Positions 10,662-18,767 of a DNA stretch of 64,000 nucleotides are shown piece by piece. Position 1 is the first letter of the stretch; each line of letters begins with the position of its first letter. Under the pieces are notes generated by a model. The model made no database searches. It was given only the letters and a program-made list of their open reading frames with translations, and was not told the origin of the DNA. The position numbers were made by a program, and so were the translations under genes. Location: positions 1 to 64,000 of IMG/VR virus record IMGVR_UViG_3300032235_000647, one strand, 5' to 3'. The stretch comes from a virus.

Positions 10662-11279
10662 TTATTTATTGTGCTCACCTGGCTTACAAAATTTTCCTAA
10701 ATCTTGCCAGTTAGCTCTTGGTTTTTCATTCAAAAATACAAAACATTTCCATTGTTTTTGACCTTCAAAGAAAATATGTTTTTCTATATAGGAAGGAATC
10801 GCTGCATTTGTAGGAATTCTTTTTACTGGGTTGTCAAAATGTACGGTAATCAGAACGGTTAAATTTTCTGTATCATCCCATTTTCTTTCTTGTTCCTCTA
10901 ACAATCTCCACTCACCTCTATTAAGGTATTGGTCTTGAAGAATTGAATTAAGGTAAGAAAATGTTTGTTTTAGATTCTCCATATTATCGGAGAATGTTGC
11001 TGCAGGAGCACCGTGTCCTTTATCGTAAATGTTTTTGAAATAATCATCCGCATCGGATGTTTTGATGTTAGGTTCTTTATAAAAATCCATTGAACCTCTA
11101 TTTACATTTGTTGGACGATTAGTAGAACGATATCTAATCCAAAGTGGTTGTTCTAAATCTTGTGAATAAAGTACTTCAAATACATTATTTTTTACTTTAA
11201 CATCACCTAATTTTTGGGAATACAAATCCCCAACAAATAAAAAAACTGCCAATACTGGCATTAATAAAAACTTTTTCAT
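10662..11279 (-). CDS. DNA/RNA non-specific endonuclease (NucA/EndA family) with signal peptide
   Basis: YDKGHGAPAA (DRGH-like), TFSYLN, LNRGEWRLLE; N-terminal MKKFLLMPVLAVFLF signal-like sequence. Confidence 0.9.
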   Translation of the reverse strand: MKKFLLMPVLAVFLFVGDLYSQKLGDVKVKNNVFEVLYSQDLEQPLWIRYRSTNRPTNVNRGSMDFYKEPNIKTSDADDYFKNIYDKGHGAPAATFSDNMENLKQTFSYLNSILQDQYLNRGEWRLLEEQERKWDDTENLTVLITVHFDNPVKRIPTNAAIPSYIEKHIFFEGQKQWKCFVFLNEKPRANWQDLGKFCKPGEHNK

Positions 11280-11311
11280 ACTAAAATGGGTCTCCTTTTA
11301 GTATATAAATA

Positions 11312-12598
11312 TTAAACTTTTGAGTAATCCATACCCCAAGAGGCTTTTATTGGAAATCCAAAAGATTCGAGCACGGATTTAATACCCTTCACTACATCCG
11401 TATCCCCATCAGTTGGAAATTGGAACAAGAATGAATCATATACATACAGAATAGGAAGTGGAAGGCCTTCATCTTTTAACCTCTTCATCACCTCGATATT
11501 AAACTCGGTTTCTGTCGCTTGAAGAAGGTAATTAAAGTACTTCTGAGCAGTTGGTGATTCAATCCACTCCAACGGAATTCTCCTCCCTTTTGGAGTTTGT
11601 AAATATCCCCTTTCGGTAGATGAAACCTTTAATTTTTCGATAAATTCATCTACCTTTTGGAAGAATGGAATCTCCCTATCCTCTTCACTTACACCCCCAT
11701 AAAGGATTCGGAATGTTCTACCTTTAGATTCATCATACGAACACCCATATTGGTCTGCTAACCATTGGTGCACGGATGTTGTGGGTAAATCGTATTTAAT
11801 CAATTTACCAATCAAACGAACATGGTATGCATCGTAATCCATTTGTAAGAATATATGACCGGGTTTTGGAACGAATATCTCCCTTGAACCATCCTTTTTA
11901 TTAAGGGCAGAATAATTTACTCCCCCATGACGATTGGATGGTCGAGATGTAATGGTATATGGATTGTACTCGGTAAATACCTTATCATTGAGTAGGTGTT
12001 TGTGAGCATCTGGCCATCTATCAATAAATTTTTCCGTACCGACCTGAATCCCCATTCGTTCAATTTCTGAAAGGAGAGGAATCATTGTATCATCAATCCA
12101 AGGTGTAGTGTTACCCAAATTCCATTCATTTGTAATACCTTTTAAAACCTCGCCCCATTTCATTATAGGAAGAGATTTTCCTAAATCATCTCTCATACCT
12201 AATCGGGTATAAAAGTTCGTTAGCACCTCTAATTTATCACCAAATGGGTATAATTTATTCCCATCAAAAAATAATGCAGTTTGTATATCTTTTAGGTTTT
12301 GAATTTCGATATCGGTTTGTAAAAATCCCTTCTTATTCCATATCCATTTTGGTTGTGCGGATTCGGAAAGGTCTATTTGTACCCTTTCACAATCATTGTG
12401 GTTAAAAGGTATAATGTAATCAATAGTTTTATCACCAAAATCGGTTTCCTCATCTCGGAATCGGATATAAAGAAAAGACAAACTATTATTCATAGGATGT
12501 CTTTCTAAATCTTCCCAAATTGGTATTACAATAGATTCTTCGTTATTCCAATAATTTAGGAATAACTCTTTTTCTCTATCGGTTTCTACTATTATCAT
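11312..12598 (-). CDS. short family A DNA polymerase-like protein
   Basis: Motif A DYDAYHVRL, motif B SKGRTFRILYG, YLQTPKGRRI, NYLLQATE, motif C YVYDSFLF. Confidence 0.85.
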   Translation of the reverse strand: MIIVETDREKELFLNYWNNEESIVIPIWEDLERHPMNNSLSFLYIRFRDEETDFGDKTIDYIIPFNHNDCERVQIDLSESAQPKWIWNKKGFLQTDIEIQNLKDIQTALFFDGNKLYPFGDKLEVLTNFYTRLGMRDDLGKSLPIMKWGEVLKGITNEWNLGNTTPWIDDTMIPLLSEIERMGIQVGTEKFIDRWPDAHKHLLNDKVFTEYNPYTITSRPSNRHGGVNYSALNKKDGSREIFVPKPGHIFLQMDYDAYHVRLIGKLIKYDLPTTSVHQWLADQYGCSYDESKGRTFRILYGGVSEEDREIPFFQKVDEFIEKLKVSSTERGYLQTPKGRRIPLEWIESPTAQKYFNYLLQATETEFNIEVMKRLKDEGLPLPILYVYDSFLFQFPTDGDTDVVKGIKSVLESFGFPIKASWGMDYSKV

Positions 12599-12882
12599 TT
12601 ATTGAAATCACTAAATTTTAATCCCCACATAAGAGAAATCATTCCCATTTCTCTTTCTGCAAATTTCTTATTATATTTAAATCTTTTTCTGATTTCTTCA
12701 ATACCCCATTTGTTCCACATATCACTTTGTTCCATGGTCATTGTCCATTCGGTATACCAAGGATCTTGTCTATCCTTTACATCATCATAAGTGACTTCAT
12801 GACCTGCAATCTCAAACATTTTGTTGATTAGATCTACAACCAATTGTTCTTGTTTTTGTTTCGTACTTAATCGTTGTGCCAT
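12595..12882 (-). CDS. hypothetical protein
   Basis: ORF 95 aa with 4-nt overlap into the polymerase gene. Confidence 0.7.
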   Translation of the reverse strand: MAQRLSTKQKQEQLVVDLINKMFEIAGHEVTYDDVKDRQDPWYTEWTMTMEQSDMWNKWGIEEIRKRFKYNKKFAEREMGMISLMWGLKFSDFNK

Positions 12883-12886
12883 AACT

Positions 12887-13243
12887 TTAATATAAATCTT
12901 CTGAATATAATTCTTTGAAGGTAGTATCTGATATAATTTGATTTGCTTCTCTTGCTATTCGCATACCTTCAATTCTATCAACAAACCTATTTTCACTTGT
13001 AATAAAACCTTGTATCGTTTCACCCACACTATTTTCTCCAAATTGTACGGTTCGTTTACCAAGTAAGTTTAGTACTGTTCTAATGATATCAGCATGTCTA
13101 TGTCCTTCTACCACTACACCCTTATATATGTTTGTGGGCATATATTTCACACTAGGTAGGTCTTTATACCAAATAGCAGCACTATATATCTGTTCCATAA
13201 CTTTATAGTTTACCAAAGTGTTGGTGGTTTTGTTTAAAATCAT
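12887..13243 (-). CDS. conserved phage hypothetical protein (xLYSEDLY family)
   Basis: SAAIWY..GHRH..QGFITSENRFVDR..LYSEDLY; true start is probably the internal MEQIY. Confidence 0.7.
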   Translation of the reverse strand: MILNKTTNTLVNYKVMEQIYSAAIWYKDLPSVKYMPTNIYKGVVVEGHRHADIIRTVLNLLGKRTVQFGENSVGETIQGFITSENRFVDRIEGMRIAREANQIISDTTFKELYSEDLY

Positions 13244-13433
13244 TTGATACTCTGATACCCAACAAAATATCTTTAAAAACTCTTTTTATTTTTTTACGAA
13301 AGGTATTATCCTTTTTGTAGTTCTTGATTACCTCTTCTTGTATCAACTCCAGCATTCTAGTGGATGATATTTTTTCAGCGAACACTTGATGTTCTAATTC
13401 TCTAAAAAATCCAGTTTTAAGATACTTTGGCAT
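13203..13433 (-). CDS. hypothetical protein
   Basis: ORF 76 aa in co-oriented run. Confidence 0.55.
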   Translation of the reverse strand: MPKYLKTGFFRELEHQVFAEKISSTRMLELIQEEVIKNYKKDNTFRKKIKRVFKDILLGIRVSNDFKQNHQHFGKL

Positions 13434-13445
13434 AATTGTAGTTGT

Positions 13446-13583
13446 TTATATACCTATAACTATTTCCCATTTTAGATAACCGATAATCAGTTCTAAATCA
13501 CCATTTAATTGGCGAGTATGTGTGAATTTTATGAAGGGTAAAAGATAAACTTGTCCCCATACTTCGCTGATTGATAGTTTCAT
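13446..13583 (-). CDS. small hypothetical protein (45 aa)
   Basis: Manual: MKLSISEVWGQVYLLPFIKFTHTRQLNGDLELIIGYLKWEIVIGI; ATGA overlap with upstream gene. Confidence 0.6.
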   Translation of the reverse strand: MKLSISEVWGQVYLLPFIKFTHTRQLNGDLELIIGYLKWEIVIGI

Positions 13584-13813
13584 TTGTATGTTTCGTAATA
13601 GTATTCTTCTCCTGAAATTCCGTTATCGCGATAATTCTCTTTGAAGCCTTCTTCAAACCCATTAATAATCTGCTCCTTCTCCATCTCTTTTGCTTGTTCT
13701 AAATATTCGGCTCTCAAATTATCTGCCCAACTTGCCGATATTTCATCTCTATTTCTTAACCAAGTGACGTACATATACTTCTCTGATAAGAATTCTACTG
13801 CTGTCTGTTTCAT
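13580..13813 (-). CDS. hypothetical protein, MKQTA family
   Basis: MKQTAV...EKEQII...YYxETY. Confidence 0.7.
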   Translation of the reverse strand: MKQTAVEFLSEKYMYVTWLRNRDEISASWADNLRAEYLEQAKEMEKEQIINGFEEGFKENYRDNGISGEEYYYETYK

Positions 13814-13908
13814 TTTTCTTTAATGTTAAAATATTTTAATAAGTAAATATGTCAGAATTGCTGATGATATACATCCTATCCAAAAAGATAATTCAGTATA
13901 TTTCTTTT

Positions 13909-14142
13909 TCATTTCTCGTAAGTTTCTTTATAGTATTGTTCTGCGTATTCAAAAGGTGGTATTTGCTGACCATAGTTATAAGCATCAATTATCTGCTCCT
14001 TCTCTGCCTCAAGTAGCTCGTATAACCCTCTCTCAACCTGCTGAAGATGATGAGCGGTATGTTTACCCATTAGAGTGTCATTCATTGACTCCATTCTGTT
14101 TCTAACCATTACGATGGCTTGTTGTATTGCTGTCTGTTTCAT
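13909..14142 (-). CDS. hypothetical protein, MKQTA family (paralog)
   Basis: Start reassigned to MKQTAIQQ; EKEQIIDAY...QYYKETY. Confidence 0.7.
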   Translation of the reverse strand: MKQTAIQQAIVMVRNRMESMNDTLMGKHTAHHLQQVERGLYELLEAEKEQIIDAYNYGQQIPPFEYAEQYYKETYEK

Positions 14143-14144
14143 AG

Positions 14145-14642
14145 CTAGTCCCACCAATTCTGAATATTGTGTTCTATAAAATCCCAAAGTAGTTTATGTG
14201 CCATCTTTTGTTTTTCTTTGGATTCTAAAAATAGTTTTTTTCTAACTTCGTCAATTTCTTCTGAATTATCCCATTTCTCATATTCCCATCTCAAAAAAGT
14301 TGAACCATCACCTTCACCTGTATCTTCAAACCAAAAGTCTAATGCATTCTCACCATATAGTTTTTCTAGTTTATCTTGGTATTCACAACCATATTCGTCA
14401 TCATAAACTTTATCCATCAATCGGATTGCTGTTCTGATTCTTGAAGCATTTTGTTTTGCTTCTAATGTACGTGCTTTATCACTTTCTAAAAATTTTGCTT
14501 GTCTTTCCAATTGTTTTTTGAAGAGCTGTACTGAATAACTATAATCAAAATCAAACCCATTCCATATCATGGGTAAGAAATCAATTACTCGTTGAATTTG
14601 CTGGTATTTTCTTTTGAAAAAATATTTAATATCGTTTAACAT
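14145..14642 (-). CDS. hypothetical protein
   Basis: ORF 165 aa, ends NWWD. Confidence 0.7.
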   Translation of the reverse strand: MLNDIKYFFKRKYQQIQRVIDFLPMIWNGFDFDYSYSVQLFKKQLERQAKFLESDKARTLEAKQNASRIRTAIRLMDKVYDDEYGCEYQDKLEKLYGENALDFWFEDTGEGDGSTFLRWEYEKWDNSEEIDEVRKKLFLESKEKQKMAHKLLWDFIEHNIQNWWD

Positions 14643-14664
14643 ATCTTTATAGTTTAATTGTTAA

Positions 14665-14811
14665 TCATTTAAGTTCAAACCACTCACGTTTTCTCTCTTC
14701 CATTTTTTTGTTATGGATTATTGTTTTTCTTAACTTGACAAACTCTGTAAAATTAAGTGGTTCACCTTTACACCTACTTAAATATCCTTTGTATAATTCG
14801 TCCCAATTCAT
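14665..14811 (-). CDS. small hypothetical protein (48 aa)
   Basis: Manual: MNWDELYKGYLSRCKGEPLNFTEF...; directly downstream of a host-type promoter. Confidence 0.5.
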   Translation of the reverse strand: MNWDELYKGYLSRCKGEPLNFTEFVKLRKTIIHNKKMEERKREWFELK

Positions 14812-14832
14812 CTTTTAGTATTTTTAGTTTTA

Positions 14833-14864
14833 CAAAGATACTAAATTATTTTGTATTTTCCAAA
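14833..14864 (-). promoter_or_regulatory. Bacteroidota-type primary-sigma promoter
   Basis: TTTG-N20-TATCTTTG on minus strand, a perfect TTTG/TAnnTTTG match. Confidence 0.7.
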
Positions 14865-15472
14865 TCCTCTAATTGTTTTTCCAATCTTTCTATACTACCT
14901 CTAATAATACCTGCATTAGGGTCAAGTTTTTTGATTTGCTCTATCAATTCTTCTTCCCTACCAATATGGTATACTTTACTCTCGATAGCATCAGCAAGTT
15001 CTTGTAGGTGTTTTGGTGCACCTATGGTAATACGAAGGTCATAATCACTCCATTTCGTTTTCCAATCCCAAAACTGAATCCCTTTGGTAAGTTTTCTATG
15101 TAGGTAATTCAATTTCTGATTCCTAACTCGTACAATACTTTTATCATTACCGAAAACATGGAGGAAACGAAGAAACCATCTTGGACACCATTTTGGTTTT
15201 GCCTCATAATCCATTGCGAGTACTAATGGATACATATACTTAAAAAATGAACTCTCTTCCCAAATAGCAGTTCCCAAATACCCATATTTTTCCTCAAATC
15301 CTTTTGGAAAAAAAATGTAACGAAAATCACTCCACTCTAAATCACGAGTGTGTACGAACCCATTTCTTGCAGGTCTACCTTTCCAAAAAAGCAATCCTCT
15401 TAAAAAATAAATTATTCTTTGTTTAAGTGGTACTTTTGGCGATTCGTTTAATGTTTCGAATTTGTTTTCCAT
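14846..15472 (-). CDS. hypothetical protein
   Basis: ORF; start placed at MENKF. Confidence 0.7.
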   Translation of the reverse strand: MENKFETLNESPKVPLKQRIIYFLRGLLFWKGRPARNGFVHTRDLEWSDFRYIFFPKGFEEKYGYLGTAIWEESSFFKYMYPLVLAMDYEAKPKWCPRWFLRFLHVFGNDKSIVRVRNQKLNYLHRKLTKGIQFWDWKTKWSDYDLRITIGAPKHLQELADAIESKVYHIGREEELIEQIKKLDPNAGIIRGSIERLEKQLEDLENTK

Positions 15473-15593
15473 AACCTTTCTTTTTTTCAATTTGTTTACA
15501 GGTATCTGATACCAATTTTACTAATTCTCCAATTGGATTGTTTCCTAATAGGAATCTCATTCGTGTGTCTGATTCTAATGTTCTAATTTTCAT
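15423..15593 (-). CDS. small hypothetical protein (56 aa)
   Basis: Manual: MKIRTLESDTRMRFLLGNNPIGELVK...; ATGA overlap with upstream gene. Confidence 0.45.
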   Translation of the reverse strand: MKIRTLESDTRMRFLLGNNPIGELVKLVSDTCKQIEKKKGYGKQIRNIKRIAKSTT

Positions 15594-16021
15594 TTTGTTT
15601 TTGTGATAATTAAATATCCCTCTTTATTTGATTTAAACTCTTTAATAATTCTACCCATAATCTCCATTCCGGCAGTAAGATACGGCCCTCCACTTGGGTC
15701 TACCATATCAATTACATGCGTATTTGATGTTACCATCGGACCATATACTCGTGCAATATCACACGGCCCTACCCATTTACCATTCTCATCGTAAATGTGC
15801 CTATGAACTTCTTCTTTGAATTCATCGAGATTCATTCCTCCACCAAATGTGAGATATGCTTTGTAGGCCTTAGTGTAATCGTTTGGAAATCCAAATCTGG
15901 AATGTTTAAATTCACCATTCCATTGGATGTTTCCATCTTCATTCAGAATAAATATAAACTTTTCTCCGTAACGATTAAAAAAAGTTTCGTTTTTTACATT
16001 ATTTTTTACTTGTATCTCCAT
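15590..16021 (-). CDS. hypothetical protein
   Basis: ORF 143 aa with MVDPSGGPY motif. Confidence 0.7.
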   Translation of the reverse strand: MEIQVKNNVKNETFFNRYGEKFIFILNEDGNIQWNGEFKHSRFGFPNDYTKAYKAYLTFGGGMNLDEFKEEVHRHIYDENGKWVGPCDIARVYGPMVTSNTHVIDMVDPSGGPYLTAGMEIMGRIIKEFKSNKEGYLIITKTK

Positions 16022-16379
16022 TTAATTTTGAAAGTGTATAAATTGAATTATTAGTTTTGAATTTTACATACTCATTGGTCTGTTCCAAGATTTCGGTGAC
16101 CGTAGTTGTTTGCCATGTAAAGAAGTCATTAAATGGGGACATGATAAGAGAACGATTCAAACCAATCCCATCGTATCTTTCTTTAAATCTACCATCGGAA
16201 TTAAATTCAATCCACATTACTTTTTCGGATTGTTTAGTTAACCCATCATTCTCCCTGACAAGTTTCCAATTTTCATTTTTTTCAGTTAATCCCATGAGTT
16301 CTGCTTGATACGGGTCAAGTTGTAAATTACCTTCTTCATCAAAAGATACTACTAGTTTTGGGTGTACTCCACCTATCAT
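15999..16379 (-). CDS. hypothetical protein
   Basis: ORF 126 aa, FTWQTT..FKTxNSxY motif. Confidence 0.7.
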   Translation of the reverse strand: MIGGVHPKLVVSFDEEGNLQLDPYQAELMGLTEKNENWKLVRENDGLTKQSEKVMWIEFNSDGRFKERYDGIGLNRSLIMSPFNDFFTWQTTTVTEILEQTNEYVKFKTNNSIYTLSKLNGDTSKK

Positions 16380-16390
16380 ATATTTTTATA

Positions 16391-16723
16391 TTAAATTCCA
16401 CTTTCCATTCGTTGAACCTGATTGTGGTAGTCAGCCTCTGAGTATTCTACTACTGATAAACCAGGGGTGAACTTTGTCATTAGATAACCATCTTTACCAA
16501 CAAAATCAATCACCCTGTCAATGAATTGTTGAATCATGTAAGTCATATCAGAAGAACCAAATCCTTGGTCTTCATCCCACATATCTGTCCATTCTTCGGC
16601 AACTTCGGTTGCTAGTTCTAATAAATCCCATTGGGCAACACGAGTATCTCTAATCAATTCGGTAAAACCTTTGATTCGGTGAGAGTTAAAAAGTAAAGTC
16701 TGTGGGTCAACTATGTAATTCAT
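16391..16723 (-). CDS. early hypothetical protein
   Basis: ORF with double AACCCCT leader and its own promoter. Confidence 0.7.
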   Translation of the reverse strand: MNYIVDPQTLLFNSHRIKGFTELIRDTRVAQWDLLELATEVAEEWTDMWDEDQGFGSSDMTYMIQQFIDRVIDFVGKDGYLMTKFTPGLSVVEYSEADYHNQVQRMESGI

Positions 16724-16759
16724 AATATGAGGGGTTTAGGGGTTATGTTTTATATTGAA

Positions 16760-16800
16760 TACAATTATACGAAAAAAATTTTACATTTCCTAGTACTTTG
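16760..16800 (-). promoter_or_regulatory. early (host-type) promoter
   Basis: CTAG-N20-TATAATTG, variant of the repeated promoter family. Confidence 0.55.
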
Positions 16801-16811
16801 GAAAATAATTT

Positions 16812-17096
16812 TTATACTAGTTGCATTTTCTGCAACTCTCCACCAAGTCCCTCAACCACTATGGGCTTGGAGAACTTAACCTCGTGGTCTATGTACTCAT
16901 AACGAGAATACTCATTACTCTGGGCTTCCACCAAATTAATAAGAGCGAGTTTCAAATCCTCCTTGTAGGCATACATCACCAAATCGGAGTCAATCGGAAA
17001 AGAGAAATCCACTCCACCTTTGGGTTTCCAATAAGGAGTTTGGTTATCGGAATAATTCTCGTAATACTGGGCGGAAACTAAAACACTAATCATCAT
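16812..17096 (-). CDS. early hypothetical protein
   Basis: AQYYENY....PYWKPKGG motif; AACCCCT leader. Confidence 0.7.
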   Translation of the reverse strand: MMISVLVSAQYYENYSDNQTPYWKPKGGVDFSFPIDSDLVMYAYKEDLKLALINLVEAQSNEYSRYEYIDHEVKFSKPIVVEGLGGELQKMQLV

Positions 17097-17119
17097 ATCT
17101 TTTATCGTTTAGGGGTTAT

Positions 17120-17172
17120 CTGTTATTACTTTACTAATGTAAGAAAAATTATTCGTAATTCCTAGTCTTTTT
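17120..17172 (-). promoter_or_regulatory. early (host-type) promoter
   Basis: aagaCTAGgaatt-...-TACATTAG-taaaGTAATAACAG. Confidence 0.65.
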
Positions 17173-17176
17173 TTAA

Positions 17177-17440
17177 TTATTTTACACTAGTTCCAATAAA
17201 TTGGATTGTGTTTGCAATTCGTTGAAGAATGGGAGTGGGTAATTCCATTTCTTTAGCAATTTCCAACATTTCGGTGTAAAGGTAGCCATCCCACACACCA
17301 CACAACATATTGTATAGTGGGGTGAACCAAGACTCATCTCTATCTATGTGAAAATCTTCTACACTTCGAAGAGTAGTTGAGTGGTATTCCATCCAATCGT
17401 TGGTGAATAATTCGTGGCGGTCAAATCTTACAATGTTCAT
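17177..17440 (-). CDS. early hypothetical protein
   Basis: Start reassigned to MNIVRFDRHE, because the longer track ORF runs through the promoter. Confidence 0.7.
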   Translation of the reverse strand: MNIVRFDRHELFTNDWMEYHSTTLRSVEDFHIDRDESWFTPLYNMLCGVWDGYLYTEMLEIAKEMELPTPILQRIANTIQFIGTSVK

Positions 17441-17463
17441 ATTTAAAGGGTTTAGTAGTTGAA

Positions 17464-17512
17464 CTCTCATTACATAACAAACATACAAAAAAAAGTTGAG
17501 CTTTCCAAATGA
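17464..17512 (-). promoter_or_regulatory. early (host-type) promoter
   Basis: TTTG-N20-TATGTTTG followed by GTAATGAGAG. Confidence 0.75.
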
Positions 17513-17549
17513 ATGCCCAACTTTTTTCAAAAAATTTTTAATTTTTTTT

Positions 17550-18329
17550 TTATTCTCCCCAATGTTTCTGGCGAAGTTCATATACATCAATCGGTTCTCT
17601 CTTCATGTGATTACCTTGATTGAAATGGGCACCTTTTTTCAAATATCCACCCAACAGATTTCTACGGAATCGATTTGAATTATTAGGCTCTGAACCATGA
17701 ATAGTGTGGGAATGAAGTAAAACTACTTCTCCTTTACGAAGGTATCCTTCTACCTTTCGGAAATCATGTCCTTCTGGCATAATACAAGGTTTACCTCTTT
17801 CATTTCTCCAAAACTTAGGATTTGTTTTTGCTCTTTCCTCATCCACCTCAATTGGTAAAACTGGTAATCGGTGTGAACCTTCATAGTTCCAAACTGCTCC
17901 ATTTTCTGGGTCATGATTATCAAGAGCAAGTGCTGTGTTGATGATTTCATTATGAGCACATCCAGTATAGAATGCATTTTGGTGCTGGTCTCTACCCAAT
18001 TGTCCTGGTGGTTTGAAGTATGACCAAGTTTGTAGACCAACCAATTCGCCTTCCATAAGGAACTCCATTGCTTCAATAAGTTTTGGATGTACGAAAATTG
18101 ATTCTAATTTTGGTGATAATTTATGTGGATATGCAAAAGGGTCCCACTCTCCCCACTCTTCACCATTTTCCTTGGTGGTTAATGCTCTTTCTTGGCGAAG
18201 TCTTTCGAGTTCATTGTTAATTTCATCACATTGTTCCTCGGTAAGGAGTTGTAATACGGTCCAACCTCTATATCGCCAATCGAAGGTCATTTGTTGGATT
18301 TCTAAATCCGTAAGATGTTTAAATGCCAT
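17550..18329 (-). CDS. phytanoyl-CoA dioxygenase (PhyH)-family Fe(II)/2OG enzyme
   Basis: YFKPPG...HQN..Y, ALD..DPENGA, GSHR, GEVVLLHS.TIHGSEPN...RR. Confidence 0.85.
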   Translation of the reverse strand: MAFKHLTDLEIQQMTFDWRYRGWTVLQLLTEEQCDEINNELERLRQERALTTKENGEEWGEWDPFAYPHKLSPKLESIFVHPKLIEAMEFLMEGELVGLQTWSYFKPPGQLGRDQHQNAFYTGCAHNEIINTALALDNHDPENGAVWNYEGSHRLPVLPIEVDEERAKTNPKFWRNERGKPCIMPEGHDFRKVEGYLRKGEVVLLHSHTIHGSEPNNSNRFRRNLLGGYLKKGAHFNQGNHMKREPIDVYELRQKHWGE

Positions 18330-18362
18330 AACTTATTTTTTGTTGTTTTATATAAATATATA

Positions 18363-18767
18363 TTACTTGTGAAATTGTAAAAGATTCGGTAAATAAAATT
18401 TTAAATTTGGTATTTTATCACTTACCAATGATAATGCAATTCGATTTGATTCTCTGACTCCTTTATCCAATACATTACCACTAGAATCATATTGAGTTGT
18501 AATTGGTCCAGAAATTCTCCATCTTACTATTACTCCTGTATATAAAGCATTAGATAATATTTTACTATATTGAGAATAGTTAGACTCATATATTGTTGAG
18601 GATTTATCGTTTGTTTTTTGAATAAAATATCGTGTAATCCATCCTCTTTTATAATCACTTTCAGTTGGAGTTGGAAAATGAGTTTCAATATCAGAATTCA
18701 AGGTGAATAATGAGTTTATTTTTAAATTTGAATATTTTTTATTATTATCCATATTACGCCTCCCCAT
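18363..18767 (-). CDS. baseplate-region hypothetical protein
   Basis: PTPTESDYKRGWITRYF...WRISGP; position after the hub gene. Confidence 0.65.
   Translation of the reverse strand: MGRRNMDNNKKYSNLKINSLFTLNSDIETHFPTPTESDYKRGWITRYFIQKTNDKSSTIYESNYSQYSKILSNALYTGVIVRWRISGPITTQYDSSGNVLDKGVRESNRIALSLVSDKIPNLKFYLPNLLQFHK

Noticed and set aside
17441-17590. Long start of ORF 17177..17590 (similarly 54259..54303)
   Set aside because: The extension runs across a clear promoter and poly-A/T tracts; the downstream ATG is more plausible.
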